64,000 nucleotides of DNA from an uncultured Thermoplasmata archaeon (GTDB lineage Archaea; Thermoplasmatota; Thermoplasmata; Lutacidiplasmatales; UBA184): positions 2,036 through 66,035 of the forward strand of contig CAVVLX010000007.1 in the NCBI GenBank assembly GCA_963749195.1, in the 5' to 3' direction. The notes beneath the pieces were generated by a model. It was given only the letters and a program-made list of their open reading frames with translations. It searched no databases and was not told the origin of the DNA. Each line of letters opens with the position of its first letter. The stretch's first letter is position 1. Made by a program: the position numbers and the translations under genes. Of this stretch, positions 9,825 through 19,885 are shown piece by piece.

Positions 9825-10055
9825 CTACGAGCCGTGGACGTCATCAACGCGCCCGATCGGTGTGTTCTGCTTCCGGGAGTAGCCCCCCCAGGAGACCATC
9901 GTGAGTCCGAGGACCAGGAGAGCAATGAACGCCACCGCCGCGGTCACTCGGTTATCCAGGGAGAACTCGTAGATCGCCAGTACGATTCCACCAATGATGA
10001 CCAACACGCCGAGCACTCTCATCAAGCCGCCTAACTCAAAGCGCACCCACCCCAT
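9825..10055 (-). CDS. small two-helix membrane protein
   Basis: 76 aa with two clear hydrophobic helices (VLGVLVIIGGIVLAIY and AAVAFIALLVLGLTMV). No family recognised. Confidence 0.4.
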   Translation of the reverse strand: MGWVRFELGGLMRVLGVLVIIGGIVLAIYEFSLDNRVTAAVAFIALLVLGLTMVSWGGYSRKQNTPIGRVDDVHGS

Positions 10056-10445
10056 CGTAACCGCCTCGACTCTGATTTTGTTCTTGCCTACTTATACCGC
10101 GGCTTAACCCGGTTTCACTTGGACTGCCGTGGCGTCGTGAGGTTCGACTTGAACACCAGTTCGCGTGGCCCCGGCTAGAGCGGGTCAAGAATTTCCCGGG
10201 AAGGCGCAACAGACATTTTGCACCTACGATTGCCAGAAAGATTCGTCCGAAGGCGAGTTCATTCGCCTTTGACCCACCTATTCCGCTGCCTCGCCCAAGA
10301 CGCGAGATGGGTGATGGCAAAGTTCGTTGCGCTGCGTCGCGAGCGGGGTTCGCGCACGGGTCATGGTCCGCGCGCGCAGGTATTCTCCGCCCCGTTTGAG
10401 AAAGAGCAATGATTTGAGCGGCGTTGGTTGTTAGCGCGCCCGCTC

Positions 10446-11378
10446 ATGATTCACGCCGACAAGCTGACGAAGCGTTTCGGCGACGTTACGGCAGTCGATC
10501 AGGTATCGCTGGACGTCGAGGACGGAGAGATCTTCGGATTCCTCGGCCCGAATGGTGCCGGTAAAACCACGACGATCCGGATGCTCTCGAGCTTGATTTC
10601 GAAGACCAGTGGCACCGCCGAGGTGGCAGGCTGCGAGATCGGCAATGACGTAGCGGAACTCCGGCTCCGCCAACGCATCGGGATCCTTCCTGAGAATGTC
10701 GGGCTCTACGAGGGGACCAGTGCCTACCAGAACCTGGAGTACTTCGGCCAGCTTCATCGAGTAGACGCGAACACGCTGCGGAGGAATATCGAGCGCCTGC
10801 TTCGGAAGATGGAACTCTGGGAGAAGAAAGATCTCCCGCTTGCGACGTTTTCGAAGGGTATGAAACAGAAGGTCGCGATCGCCCGGACGCTCGTCCACGA
10901 CCCGATCCTGCTCTTTCTCGATGAACCGACCGCGAATCTTGATCCCGAGGCGGCCAAGATGGTCCGGGACGTCATTCTCGAGTTCAAGAAGGAAAAGCGC
11001 ACGATCTTCCTGAACACCCATAATCTCGACGAGGCTCAGCGCCTTTGCGACCGAGTCGGGATCCTGCGGACGCGACTCCTAACCGTCGGTTCTGTCGAGT
11101 CGCTTCGGACCGTGGGCGTAGGGAAGCGCACCGTCGTTCGGCTGGATCGGGCGTCAGAAGAGCTGGCCGCAGCCGTACGGGCGAGGTTAGGGACGCGGAA
11201 GGTGCAAGTTTCGGGAGACGAGTTGATCGTCGAAGTCGAGGACCCTGATCGAGAAAATCCAGAGATCGCCGCGGCGGTGATTGGAGCGGGTGGAAGGATT
11301 CTCGAGCTCTCTCAACTTTCGCCCTCTCTCGAAGACGTCTACTTGAAACTCGTCCACGACGGGAAGAACACCGCATGA
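10446..11378 (+). CDS. ABC transporter ATP-binding protein (ABC-2 exporter type)
   Basis: Walker A GPNGAGKTT, signature variant FSKGMKQK, Walker B LLFLDEPT. ATG at 10446; the track start at 10428 is a TTG. Confidence 0.9.
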   Translation: MIHADKLTKRFGDVTAVDQVSLDVEDGEIFGFLGPNGAGKTTTIRMLSSLISKTSGTAEVAGCEIGNDVAELRLRQRIGILPENVGLYEGTSAYQNLEYFGQLHRVDANTLRRNIERLLRKMELWEKKDLPLATFSKGMKQKVAIARTLVHDPILLFLDEPTANLDPEAAKMVRDVILEFKKEKRTIFLNTHNLDEAQRLCDRVGILRTRLLTVGSVESLRTVGVGKRTVVRLDRASEELAAAVRARLGTRKVQVSGDELIVEVEDPDRENPEIAAAVIGAGGRILELSQLSPSLEDVYLKLVHDGKNTA

Positions 11379-12115
11379 GACTCTCCCAGTCTTGGATCAT
11401 CGCACGCCACGACATGGGCATCTTCTGGAAGAAGCGCGGAATCGTCGCTGGTCTGGTCGTTCTCCCGCTCGGAGTCGGCATCGGGTTTCCGCTCTTGGTC
11501 TGGGATATCATCCGTAACGGCACGGGCTCCGGCCTCGAGTCCGTCCTCCCCGACCTCGTGAACGCGTTCAGCTTCTGGTGGATCATCGGAGCCGCGATGC
11601 TCCCCACGGCCATCGCGGCGTACGGCATCGTGGGAGAGAAGGTCGAGCGAAGCCTCGAACCGCTTCTGTCCACTCCGACTACGGACAGCGAGATTCTGCT
11701 CGGGAAGATGATCGCCCCCTTCATCCCCACGATGCTGGCGGTCTGGGCCGGCTCGGTCCTTTACCAAGTACTGATCGACCTGTTCACTCGAGGGCCGCTC
11801 GGTTACCTGCTCTTCCCGAGCTGGGGAATGGCGGTGATTTTGTTCGTGATGGCGCCACTCGCCTGCCTGTACGCGATTGAGTTTTGTGTGATTATCTCCT
11901 CCCGAGCGACGGATGCCCGTAGCGCTCAACAGTACGCCGGGGTTATTTTCGTCCCGCTGATTTTCCTCTACGTGGCCGGGGAGATCGGGTTTATTCCTCT
12001 CGACACGACGCACCTGCTCTACATCGCGGGGGCGTTGGCGGTTCTCGTGATCGCCCTATTCTACGCGAGCGTGCGGTTGTTTCGTCGCGAGGAGATCCTC
12101 ACCCGCTGGAAGTGA
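11375..12115 (+). CDS. ABC-2 type transporter permease
   Basis: 246-aa polytopic membrane protein with a 4-nt ATGA overlap with the ATPase gene. Confidence 0.75.
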   Translation: MRLSQSWIIARHDMGIFWKKRGIVAGLVVLPLGVGIGFPLLVWDIIRNGTGSGLESVLPDLVNAFSFWWIIGAAMLPTAIAAYGIVGEKVERSLEPLLSTPTTDSEILLGKMIAPFIPTMLAVWAGSVLYQVLIDLFTRGPLGYLLFPSWGMAVILFVMAPLACLYAIEFCVIISSRATDARSAQQYAGVIFVPLIFLYVAGEIGFIPLDTTHLLYIAGALAVLVIALFYASVRLFRREEILTRWK

Positions 12116-12294
12116 CGTTACCGCGAGGTCGCGTGCAAGTACTTGCTTCCCGAAGGAGTTCAACCGATCGTCACACCGTCCTCAGGGCACGGTGGTTGCA
12201 TCGCAGGTAACGCCCTTCGGCTCGACGTGGCAATTGAAATCAGGGAATCCGGCAAACAGGAACGGAAATGGTTCGTGGCGGAGGCGCTAACGAG

Positions 12295-12729
12295 TTACTG
12301 TTTGGACGCGAAGTGCTTGAGCCCCTCGACGTCTTGGTTGAAGGCACTCTCGAGGTTCGCGCGAACTGCGGGCTCAAGATGCGCCGCGGGGATTCGCTCC
12401 GACACGAATTCCCCGAACACGTCGATACCGGTCTTATTCCCTTTCGGGGTGTAGATGTTAATCATCTTCGTGCCGGCCAACGGTCCCTCCATCACCTCAA
12501 TGCTCATTCCCAGGGGAGGGAAGACGGTGATACGGTTCGAGGTCTTGACCCATTGACCGTTCATGTTCTCTTCTTGTGAAAGCATGAACGAAGTCTCGGT
12601 CAACGGTTTCATCTGTTGATTTCGAGAGTCGCGATGAGCCGCCCCGTGATCTTGGGGGGCCTGAATGTATTTCCAGAGTACATCAATTGGCACGTCGAAG
12701 TGGCTTCCTTCGTCCTTGATTTGCACCAT
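12295..12729 (-). CDS. SRPBCC-like small protein (tentative)
   Basis: From the ATG at 12729: MVQIKDEGSHFDVPIDVLWKYIQ..., about 145 aa, with size and N-terminal pattern like START/SRPBCC ligand-binding proteins. Divergent from an HxlR gene. Confidence 0.45.
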   Translation of the reverse strand: MVQIKDEGSHFDVPIDVLWKYIQAPQDHGAAHRDSRNQQMKPLTETSFMLSQEENMNGQWVKTSNRITVFPPLGMSIEVMEGPLAGTKMINIYTPKGNKTGIDVFGEFVSERIPAAHLEPAVRANLESAFNQDVEGLKHFASKQ

Positions 12730-12845
12730 ATTCCACTCACCGATGGATAGTATATCAAGGACCGCGGAACGAAAGTATAGCGCCGCCCGGCCACTCTGCA
12801 ACGGGAGGACCAACCTATATTGCTGGCTGAGTTTCTCGACTCGCA

Positions 12846-13334
12846 ATGGCCCATCCGGCTGCACCGATCTCGTCATTTCCCTCCCCGGGAGCGCCTGCGG
12901 TACCTCCGATGGCCTGTCCGATTGCCGCTAGCCTGGGCACCCTCGGGCGAAAGTGGACCCTTACCATTCTCCGAGACATCGCATTTTTTCCGGACGCATC
13001 GTTCTCCCTCATCCTGAAAAACAACCCGGGGCTGCTCCCGCGAACGCTATCTCTCCGGCTAAAGCAGCTCACCACAGACGACGTGATCGTCCGGAACATC
13101 GAATCGAACAATGGGCGGAGCCCGAAGTATCGCCTGAGCACCAAAGGTCTCCAGGTCTGGCCCATCCTGGCCACGCTGGCGCAGTACGGGATGCAGAACT
13201 ACCCGGAGCGCGTGTTTTCGGACGGGCGCCCCCGGGATCTCGAGGAAGTTTTCCCAAAGGGCATGGAGCTCATGCTCGGTCGATTCGCGAGCTCGCCTCC
13301 GCGACGGACCCGCAGCCCCGCCCCGACCTCATAG
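12846..13334 (+). CDS. HxlR-family transcriptional regulator
   Basis: CPIAASLGTLGRKWTLTILRDI...LSLRLKQLTTDDVIVR...PKYRLSTKG is the HxlR winged-helix pattern. The start may instead be the ATG at 12909. Confidence 0.8.
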   Translation: MAHPAAPISSFPSPGAPAVPPMACPIAASLGTLGRKWTLTILRDIAFFPDASFSLILKNNPGLLPRTLSLRLKQLTTDDVIVRNIESNNGRSPKYRLSTKGLQVWPILATLAQYGMQNYPERVFSDGRPRDLEEVFPKGMELMLGRFASSPPRRTRSPAPTS

Positions 13335-13558
13335 TTCGCTAGTGCAGGCTTCGGTCGAGCGTCGAGGAATCAGGGCAGCAATCGTTGCGTCCAAGCCGTA
13401 CGATTCGGAGTCGGCGCCATGATGGTCTCCCGCTCCGTTGAGGGTGGGCGCGCGGACTATTGCACCCAGGACGCCGGAAGGTTCTCTGACGATAAGTGTT
13501 TCAAGAGCTCCCGTGGCCGATTATAGCTCACACTGCGGTGCCCTTTGGACGAGGGTCC

Positions 13559-13993
13559 ATGGACACGGTGGTGGAACGCCCGCAGATTGAAGTCCTTCGA
13601 GTTCGAGCGGACATGAAGGGCAAAGGCCCGAAGGCCGCATTTGATGCGCTCGAGTCGAAGCTTCCGACTCTCAAGGGCCGCAGATTCTACGGAACCTTCC
13701 GAACGCTGGTTGATGACGATGAGTACTACGCTTGCGTGCAGAGACTTCCGACTGAGGACGCGGCGGGCCTTGGACTCGAAGCTGGCACGATCCCCGGGGG
13801 CAGGTACATCCGTCGTCGGGTCTGGGACTGGGAGTCCGTGGTCGCTGCCGGCAAGATGCGGGAGATCAGTGAAGAGTTCGCCCGAGGTTACGCTCTGGAC
13901 CCGGATCGGCCTTCGATCGAGTTCTACCGCAGCATGAAGGAGTTGCATATTCTACTCCCCTTGGCCCCTACCAACGCCTCACCGTCAGCATGA
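13559..13993 (+). CDS. GyrI-like small-molecule-binding domain protein
   Basis: About 145 aa. FYGTFRTLVDDDEYYACV, TIPGGRYIRRRV and PSIEFYRS resemble the effector-binding (GyrI/SbmC-like) fold. Confidence 0.55.
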   Translation: MDTVVERPQIEVLRVRADMKGKGPKAAFDALESKLPTLKGRRFYGTFRTLVDDDEYYACVQRLPTEDAAGLGLEAGTIPGGRYIRRRVWDWESVVAAGKMREISEEFARGYALDPDRPSIEFYRSMKELHILLPLAPTNASPSA

Positions 13994-14316
13994 AGCAGAC
14001 CCAAAGATCGGTCCGGGACGAGCTCGAACGAAGATTGTCCGCCTTACCGGATCTTGAGAAGCGCCCCTCACACTACGGGGACTCGAAGAGCTACTTCGTC
14101 GGCAGCCGTGAGATTGCGCACTTCCACGGCGACAGCCGAATGGACCTGCGACTCACGAAAGAGGAGATTCGACGACTGAAATCCGAGCGAGCTCTGGACC
14201 ATCGGGTTCGAACTCGGGGGTCTTCGGCGGAGTGGGCAGAGGTCCACGTCACCGCGTTGAACGATATTCCGTATGCGATATCGCTGGTCGAGGAGGCGAT
14301 TCGCGCCAACTCATGA
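13990..14316 (+). CDS. luciferase-like domain (DUF5519-type) small protein
   Basis: 108 aa. YFVGSREIAHFHGDSRMDLRLTKEEIR matches my recollection of this family. 4-nt overlap with the preceding gene. Confidence 0.5.
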   Translation: MKQTQRSVRDELERRLSALPDLEKRPSHYGDSKSYFVGSREIAHFHGDSRMDLRLTKEEIRRLKSERALDHRVRTRGSSAEWAEVHVTALNDIPYAISLVEEAIRANS

Positions 14317-14490
14317 ACCGGTCGGGTCATCGATGGCGACCCGGGGCGGAGGGCATCACCTGCCAGCCGCCGGTAGGGATTTCCGTAGCTCCAACATTTA
14401 TGCCCCCCCACTCGCCGACTCGGCCGCCCCCCAAAATCGACTCCCGTCTGAATGGGTGATTCGATCGCTTTCGGCTCTATTCTCGAACGA

Positions 14491-15162
14491 TCAGCGCCGC
14501 CCAGTCTTCTCGAGGATGAGATCGAAGTAGTGCCAGTGCTTGGCCCCGGAGAACGATTGGCCCTCTTCCTCGGTCTCCCGAAAAAGATCGGCCCGGTAGC
14601 CTCGGGTGAGCGTGCGGACTTGACGAATCGTGTGAAAGATCATCGGGCGCTTCCGGACCCATGCATCGCGGTCGCCGAACAACTGGCCCGCGAAGTGCCC
14701 CCTGGAATAGAGCGCTTGATGAATGTTCGCCCAGAGACCGGGGAAAGCCTCGCTCGAGCAAAATGGCAGGGAGAAACTCGCGTAGATTAGATCCGCCTTC
14801 GGAAGGGAGAGTCCCTCCATCGGGGACACCAAGGGAGTCAGCGACCTACGGTAACGAGGAGGAACTCGGCGAGAGAGGAACGCTAGGGACGATGGTTGCT
14901 GATCGATCGCTAATACCTTCCATCCTCGTCGCAGCAGTTCCAAAGAGTCAGTGCCGGCCCCGCACCCGATTTCGATGGCCTTCAAACCCCGTCGAGCCCG
15001 GTTCTCCCACTCGAGCTGTTGCAGCGCTCGGAGCAACAGTTCCCGAGGCGGTCGACGGGCCGTCCACCGGTAGTATGCGGACCAATCGCGGGAAGCTGGC
15101 GGCCCCTTGGCTCGCGGCATCGAGGGTGCACCCAGCACTTGCCCTAATTTAGTCTGAGGCAA
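14491..15162 (-). CDS. class I SAM-dependent methyltransferase
   Basis: Motif I AIEIGCGAGTDSLELL followed by VLAIDQQ. Confidence 0.8.
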   Translation of the reverse strand: MPQTKLGQVLGAPSMPRAKGPPASRDWSAYYRWTARRPPRELLLRALQQLEWENRARRGLKAIEIGCGAGTDSLELLRRGWKVLAIDQQPSSLAFLSRRVPPRYRRSLTPLVSPMEGLSLPKADLIYASFSLPFCSSEAFPGLWANIHQALYSRGHFAGQLFGDRDAWVRKRPMIFHTIRQVRTLTRGYRADLFRETEEEGQSFSGAKHWHYFDLILEKTGRR

Positions 15163-15298
15163 AGGCCGGCGTTACCTGTTGTCTTCGATATGCTCGCCGC
15201 TCTCAGCATCCTAGCGGGTAGATTGACGGGGAGAGGGGGCATCCGCCACGTTTCACCGGGAGCGTTAGGCGGGTAACCCGGACCACGTCTCGTCCAGC

Positions 15299-16243
15299 GT
15301 GAACCCTCCCACAGGACCGAAGACCAGCCAGCGTCGACCCGGTCGGCCCCCCCGGATTGGATGGTCGGTGGCGGTTCGCCGCTTCGCCAGCGAGGATCTG
15401 GCCCGATCGAATATCGGTGATCTATGGAAACGTAGAGTTCTCTATGAAATCCAACGCACGCCGAGTTTGCTTCGGAGGGTGGGGGTGAATCCCCCACCGT
15501 CGACTCCCGCGCGATTCAAGATGCTCCACGTGGCACGACTGAAGCAAAACCTGCCCTGGAGGCCAGCTACGTTCGCAGTCCATTTCAATGCCCTGCGTCG
15601 ATTCCTTCGTTGGGCAAAGAATCCCCTAGCGGCTGATCGCGGCATTTGGGCTGTACCGGGCGAGGCGACGGGACGCAGAAGATGGCTCACGCCCGAACAA
15701 CTTGCTCGCCTGTATCGGGCGGCCCGGGGGCGCGAACGAATTCTCGTCGCATTGGAAGGGTTCAACGGACTCCGTCGGGTAGAAGTGCTGCGTTTGCGAG
15801 CGAGAGACGTCGATTTCGAGCGGCAGCGTTTGCACGTCCTGGGCAAGGGTAAGAACGGAGGCAAATGGCGCACACTTCCCATGTGCTCTGAGACGTCGAA
15901 GGTCCTACAGACCCTATCGGCGGAAGAGGGCGGAGGCCTGAATGTGGTTCCGCTCTCTCCGTCTGGTGCGGATCTTCTCTTACGTCGGGCCGCCGATCGG
16001 GCGGGTTTCTCAGATCTCGGTTTGCGAGTTTCGCATCACGATCTTCGGCGGACCTTTGGCCGTCTCGCGCACAAAGCCGGCATGGACCTAGTGCAACTGA
16101 AGAATCTCTATGGCCACACGTCCCTCGATCAAACGGTGCATTACATTGGACTCGACGAGGACGAGATGCGAGCCGGGCTTGATCGGCTAGCTATTCTCAT
16201 CGGTCCGTTACTGCGCCCGGGCTCAGCAACAAACGATTCATGA
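15299..16243 (+). CDS. tyrosine recombinase / site-specific integrase
   Basis: The C-terminal catalytic region has GLRRVEVLRLRARDVD, HDLRRTFG and LYGHTSLDQTVHYI (R..HxxR..Y pattern). The exact start is uncertain. Confidence 0.85.
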   Translation: MNPPTGPKTSQRRPGRPPRIGWSVAVRRFASEDLARSNIGDLWKRRVLYEIQRTPSLLRRVGVNPPPSTPARFKMLHVARLKQNLPWRPATFAVHFNALRRFLRWAKNPLAADRGIWAVPGEATGRRRWLTPEQLARLYRAARGRERILVALEGFNGLRRVEVLRLRARDVDFERQRLHVLGKGKNGGKWRTLPMCSETSKVLQTLSAEEGGGLNVVPLSPSGADLLLRRAADRAGFSDLGLRVSHHDLRRTFGRLAHKAGMDLVQLKNLYGHTSLDQTVHYIGLDEDEMRAGLDRLAILIGPLLRPGSATNDS

Positions 16244-16612
16244 GGGCTCGCGAAGCCTACCAGTGTTTCCGCTCGAGTCAATCGGACTTATGATTTCCGC
16301 GAGAACCGGGTCGAGTTTGTCGTTGCTGACCAACAGATTCCACGGCTCGAGTATCTGCGCGCGAAGCACGCCGGACCGGATCCATGGATCCTCCTGGATC
16401 CAAGTTCGGACCGCCGCTTCGCTCTCGAAGTTCAGCATGAGAAGAGCCCGGTGAATTCTTCCGTCACCGAGCGGCCCTCCCAGGATGACTTTTCCAGCGC
16501 GCATTGCGGAGTTGACGTACTCGGCGTGGTCGGGCCATTCATTCTGTTCACGCATCGGTAGCGAGGAGTTCCACGCGGGCCCCTGTTCATTGATCAGCAC
16601 GAAGTAGGCCAT
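16238..16612 (-). CDS. YciI-family protein
   Basis: MAYFVLINEQGPAW...HAEYVNSAMRAGKVILGGPLGD...PWIRSGV, 124 aa. Confidence 0.75.
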   Translation of the reverse strand: MAYFVLINEQGPAWNSSLPMREQNEWPDHAEYVNSAMRAGKVILGGPLGDGRIHRALLMLNFESEAAVRTWIQEDPWIRSGVLRAQILEPWNLLVSNDKLDPVLAEIISPIDSSGNTGRLREPS

Positions 16613-16751
16613 CTGCCTCCCCCCGAGATTTTCTACGACTCACACGAACGTTTAGTCGGCGGAGGAAATATAGCTTCCAGCGGGAGCTCGGCCGTCCATT
16701 CGAATCTCGAGTGTCCGGATCGAGTTGGGCGAAGAGTAAACGTGATCGCAA

Positions 16752-17216
16752 CTATCGCTTGCTTGAGATGGACATGTCCCGCGCGATGAGCCAAGTCCCG
16801 TTCGACTTGCGCTCGTAGACGATGAGGAACTTACCTTCGTCACGAACCGGGCCGGATCCCGCATCCTCGATGACCATCCGATAGGTGCCCACTGCGAACG
16901 CGGCGTCGCCGACGATTCGAAGGTCCTCGCTATCCACGTCGAACTCCCGAACAGTGGCGGCGGACAGCCAGCTGGCGAAGAGCTTCCTGATGGCAGCCCT
17001 TCCACGGCAAACGCCGGCGTTCTGCGGGACAACGATCGCCTCCTCCTCGTAGTGGCCGACGAGGGCAGTTACGTCGTTCCGCCTCATGGCGGCGATGAAA
17101 CTTTGTCGAGCAGCCTCGATAATCTTCCGCTCCGTCCCGACCTTAACTCCCGTCCGCAACCGACTCAAATCTCGATCAACCCTGGAACTGCTTCGGCCCT
17201 TCGAAGGCTCCGTCAT
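16752..17216 (-). CDS. SnoaL-like / DUF4440 (NTF2-fold) protein
   Basis: FIAAMRRNDVTALVGHYEEEAIVV...GKFLIVYERKSNGTWLIARDM is typical of DUF4440/SgcJ-like proteins. Confidence 0.7.
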   Translation of the reverse strand: MTEPSKGRSSSRVDRDLSRLRTGVKVGTERKIIEAARQSFIAAMRRNDVTALVGHYEEEAIVVPQNAGVCRGRAAIRKLFASWLSAATVREFDVDSEDLRIVGDAAFAVGTYRMVIEDAGSGPVRDEGKFLIVYERKSNGTWLIARDMSISSKR

Positions 17217-17336
17217 AGATTAGCTTCTGGCGGTACCCGGCTAGCTGCGACCTGCATCGAACGATCGAGGCCAGAAACTGCAACCTCCCGTTATCCGATC
17301 CGCTGGCCCATACGACCGGGATTCCGAGATCGGGAG

Positions 17337-17738
17337 CTACTTGCCGGAGAGATATGCCCGAAGCGGATCCCAGTAGGATTCCTTCCAGCCCGACGATAGA
17401 TGCCCCACGTGTTCCGTGGGCACGCGGGAGTGCGTGAACGTCACTCGAGTGCCTCGTGGAGTGGCGACCAGTGAGTAGCGAACCCTCGATTCATGGCCCT
17501 TCGGCCAATTAGGGTCGCTAGGGACCCACGTCTGATAGATCGTCTTACCGGGGACGAGCTTCAGGTTCTTGCCATGGATGTATCCACCCCAGGCCATGAA
17601 TTTGCCTCCAACCTTCGGGCTAATCCGTGCCTCGGCCTTGGTGAATGCGACGTGCCCTTTCGTTGTCATCAGGGCATCGTAGACCTCGCGCGGAGTTCCG
17701 GGGAGGCGGATCGTTTGGTGAATTGATCCAACTTTCAA
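17337..17738 (-). CDS. SRPBCC-family protein, AHSA1 (activator of Hsp90 ATPase homolog 1-like) type
   Basis: IHQTIRLPGTPREVYDALM, GGKFMAWGGYIHGKNLKLVPGKTIYQTW and GWKESYWDPLRAYL. Confidence 0.8.
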   Translation of the reverse strand: MKVGSIHQTIRLPGTPREVYDALMTTKGHVAFTKAEARISPKVGGKFMAWGGYIHGKNLKLVPGKTIYQTWVPSDPNWPKGHESRVRYSLVATPRGTRVTFTHSRVPTEHVGHLSSGWKESYWDPLRAYLSGK

Positions 17739-17839
17739 AGAAGGTCCTCAGGCAGGCTCAACCGCTCTTGACCATAAGAACGAGGATGCAATGCCGGCGA
17801 GAGATCCATACGCCAGGCTGGCTTCGGCCCGGCGGTGAC

Positions 17840-18790
17840 TTAGCGCATATCGTTCATCACGTCGAACTCCGGTCGTTCGAGCGCCGGTTGTTCTGGCTTT
17901 GTCATCAATACCCCGATGAATTCCGAGCGGTATCCCGACGCCGTCAGGGCGCGATAGGTATCGTGATGGCTCGTGTTGCACCCCATTTCAATCGCGGGTG
18001 CCCGGTTTCGTACCGCCAGCCCCTCGATGGACTGAAGGAGCTCCTTCCGCCGCCGCTTCCGGTCAGACCTTGGATGGGTCGCGCCGAATTTCACGTAGGT
18101 CTGGCCAGTCTGGACCTCCGAGCCTTTTCCGATGTGGCAGAGGGCAAATCCCGCTAGTCGAGAGTCGTCGAGAAGGAGGATCGTATCGCCGAGTTGCTGA
18201 TCGCGAATCGACTCGATGTCTCCGGACAGGTCGAGGCCCGGGTAGAGGGCCTCGCACAGCTCACGAATTTCTCGGAAAATCTCCGATTGCTCCCGAGGAG
18301 GCAGCTCGGAGAAAATCCGGCTGTTTCGGGCAAGCGTCGGGGCCGGCGATCCGGAATCGATGTGCCGGCTCAAGATCGGAGTTAATCGCTGGGGCCAGTA
18401 GCCGAATTTCTGATAGAGCCCGACGTGCTTTGCGCTCTGAGGAAAGGTGAACAAGGCACGGTGGGTCACCCTCCACGCGTCAAAGACCCGTTCAGTTTCG
18501 GTCATCAGGGCCTTGGCAATCCCATGATCCCAGTGTCCGGGGGAAATGGTGAGCGGGCCGAACCACCCGACCGATCCCCACCGAGTGAGCACATTCGACC
18601 CGACGAGTCGACCGCCGATCCGGGCGGCGATGACTCGGGTGTTCGGGGCAAGCCATCGAGTTCGGAGCACCTCCGAGTCGCCCCAGAGCTTCGCCTTGTC
18701 GATCCCCAAGAAAGTGGCGAAGGCGTTTCGGAAGATGTCGTCAGCCTGATCGACATCGTTCTTCGTGAGTGGATCGACGGTGACGTCCAT
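17840..18790 (-). CDS. GNAT-family N-acetyltransferase (two-lobed, about 316 aa)
   Basis: VIAARIGGRLVGSNVLTRWGSVGWFGPLTISPGHWDHGIAKALM is an acetyl-CoA-binding-type segment. Confidence 0.65.
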   Translation of the reverse strand: MDVTVDPLTKNDVDQADDIFRNAFATFLGIDKAKLWGDSEVLRTRWLAPNTRVIAARIGGRLVGSNVLTRWGSVGWFGPLTISPGHWDHGIAKALMTETERVFDAWRVTHRALFTFPQSAKHVGLYQKFGYWPQRLTPILSRHIDSGSPAPTLARNSRIFSELPPREQSEIFREIRELCEALYPGLDLSGDIESIRDQQLGDTILLLDDSRLAGFALCHIGKGSEVQTGQTYVKFGATHPRSDRKRRRKELLQSIEGLAVRNRAPAIEMGCNTSHHDTYRALTASGYRSEFIGVLMTKPEQPALERPEFDVMNDMR

Positions 18791-19107
18791 CGTTAGCGCA
18801 TCTACTCGGAATCTAACCGGCCTAAGTACCTTACGAGACCCGGCCGCAATGGTAGTTTTGAGTCGCCCCTCTCGGTCGCGATAGGTCGAGTAACAGACCA
18901 GGCACGCGGAAAGGGAGCAGGCTGGATACGGGCCAATCCACCCGGCTGATTCGGCTTGCCGCTACCCGAATCGAATGACTTGGCCCAAGATCCCCGGGGG
19001 CAGTGGGTGCAACCGGCTGCGCACTCACCTTGGTGAATTCGAGCCTCTCCGCAGTCTTCTACTCACAAGGGGCCGCAAACCGCCTCGAGCGCCGTTGGAT
19101 CGTCCGG

Positions 19108-19413
19108 CTACCGCGCTGGTACGGGAGCGTTTCCTTCGACCATGATCGCCTCGGACCGCGAACTCTTCAGACGCAGCTCGAGCAGCGGACGGTACTCTTC
19201 CGAGTCGTACCACCCTCTCAGGGCCTGCATCGAGGGAAACTCGATCACCACGAGACGGCCCGGCAGCCACTTCCCCTCTGCAACATGAGCTTCTGAGCTG
19301 GTTACGATGAATCGACCTCCTTGCTTTTCGACCATTCCGGTCAGCCCCGTGATGTAGGCCTGCCGAGCTTCCGGGCTGTCCCATGCGATTTGAGCGATAA
19401 AGTAGGCCACCAT
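19108..19413 (-). CDS. DUF1330 domain protein
   Basis: MVAYFIAQIAWDSPEARQAYI...GRFIVTS...LVVIEFPSMQALRGWYDSEEYRPL, 101 aa. Confidence 0.8.
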   Translation of the reverse strand: MVAYFIAQIAWDSPEARQAYITGLTGMVEKQGGRFIVTSSEAHVAEGKWLPGRLVVIEFPSMQALRGWYDSEEYRPLLELRLKSSRSEAIMVEGNAPVPAR

Positions 19414-19885
19414 TTCTTGCGTCCCAGGGCTTCTGGCGAAGCCCCGTGTACGGTCTAGCCTTCGGGACTCATAAGGTCGGCTTTGGTCCCACGCCGTGAT
19501 ATTGTCCTTCCCAGAAGATCAGCTTGTAACGAAGCGGGCGTTTTCCTTCGAGCCCAAGAATGGGGGAAAGGTACTGACGCCTACTCACTCAAGGATCCCC
19601 ACTCAGGAACTATGGGTAGCCCTCTTTGGCGGTGCGATCCAGGGCTGGACGTACTTCCGGACGAATCTCAAGTCGTCCCTCGACCCCGGACACGACTTGC
19701 GATCTCCCGCCGCGGTAGGGACCCCGTTCGAAGACGATCACGGAGCAGTCGGGACCCTGCTGGCCCGGACATCCCGTGGTCTAAGGCTGAGCAGTGCGTG
19801 TAAGAGCCGTTGCAGGTCTAGCCGTAGGAGTCGCGAGCGCCGCGTTGGCTTCCGAGGTCGCATGATGGTAGCGTAGAGGCGCCTA

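Noticed and set aside
19414-19885. Gap with ORFs 19483-19803 and 19496-19876 (+). The minus strand carries fragments containing two FxxxxYxG motifs (VFERGPYRGG and FWEGQYHGVG), reminiscent of beta-gamma-crystallin Greek keys.
   Set aside because: The plus ORFs look non-protein-like. The minus fragments lack a start codon, lie in different frames and are cut by stops. The motif is short enough to arise by chance. At most this is a decayed gene.
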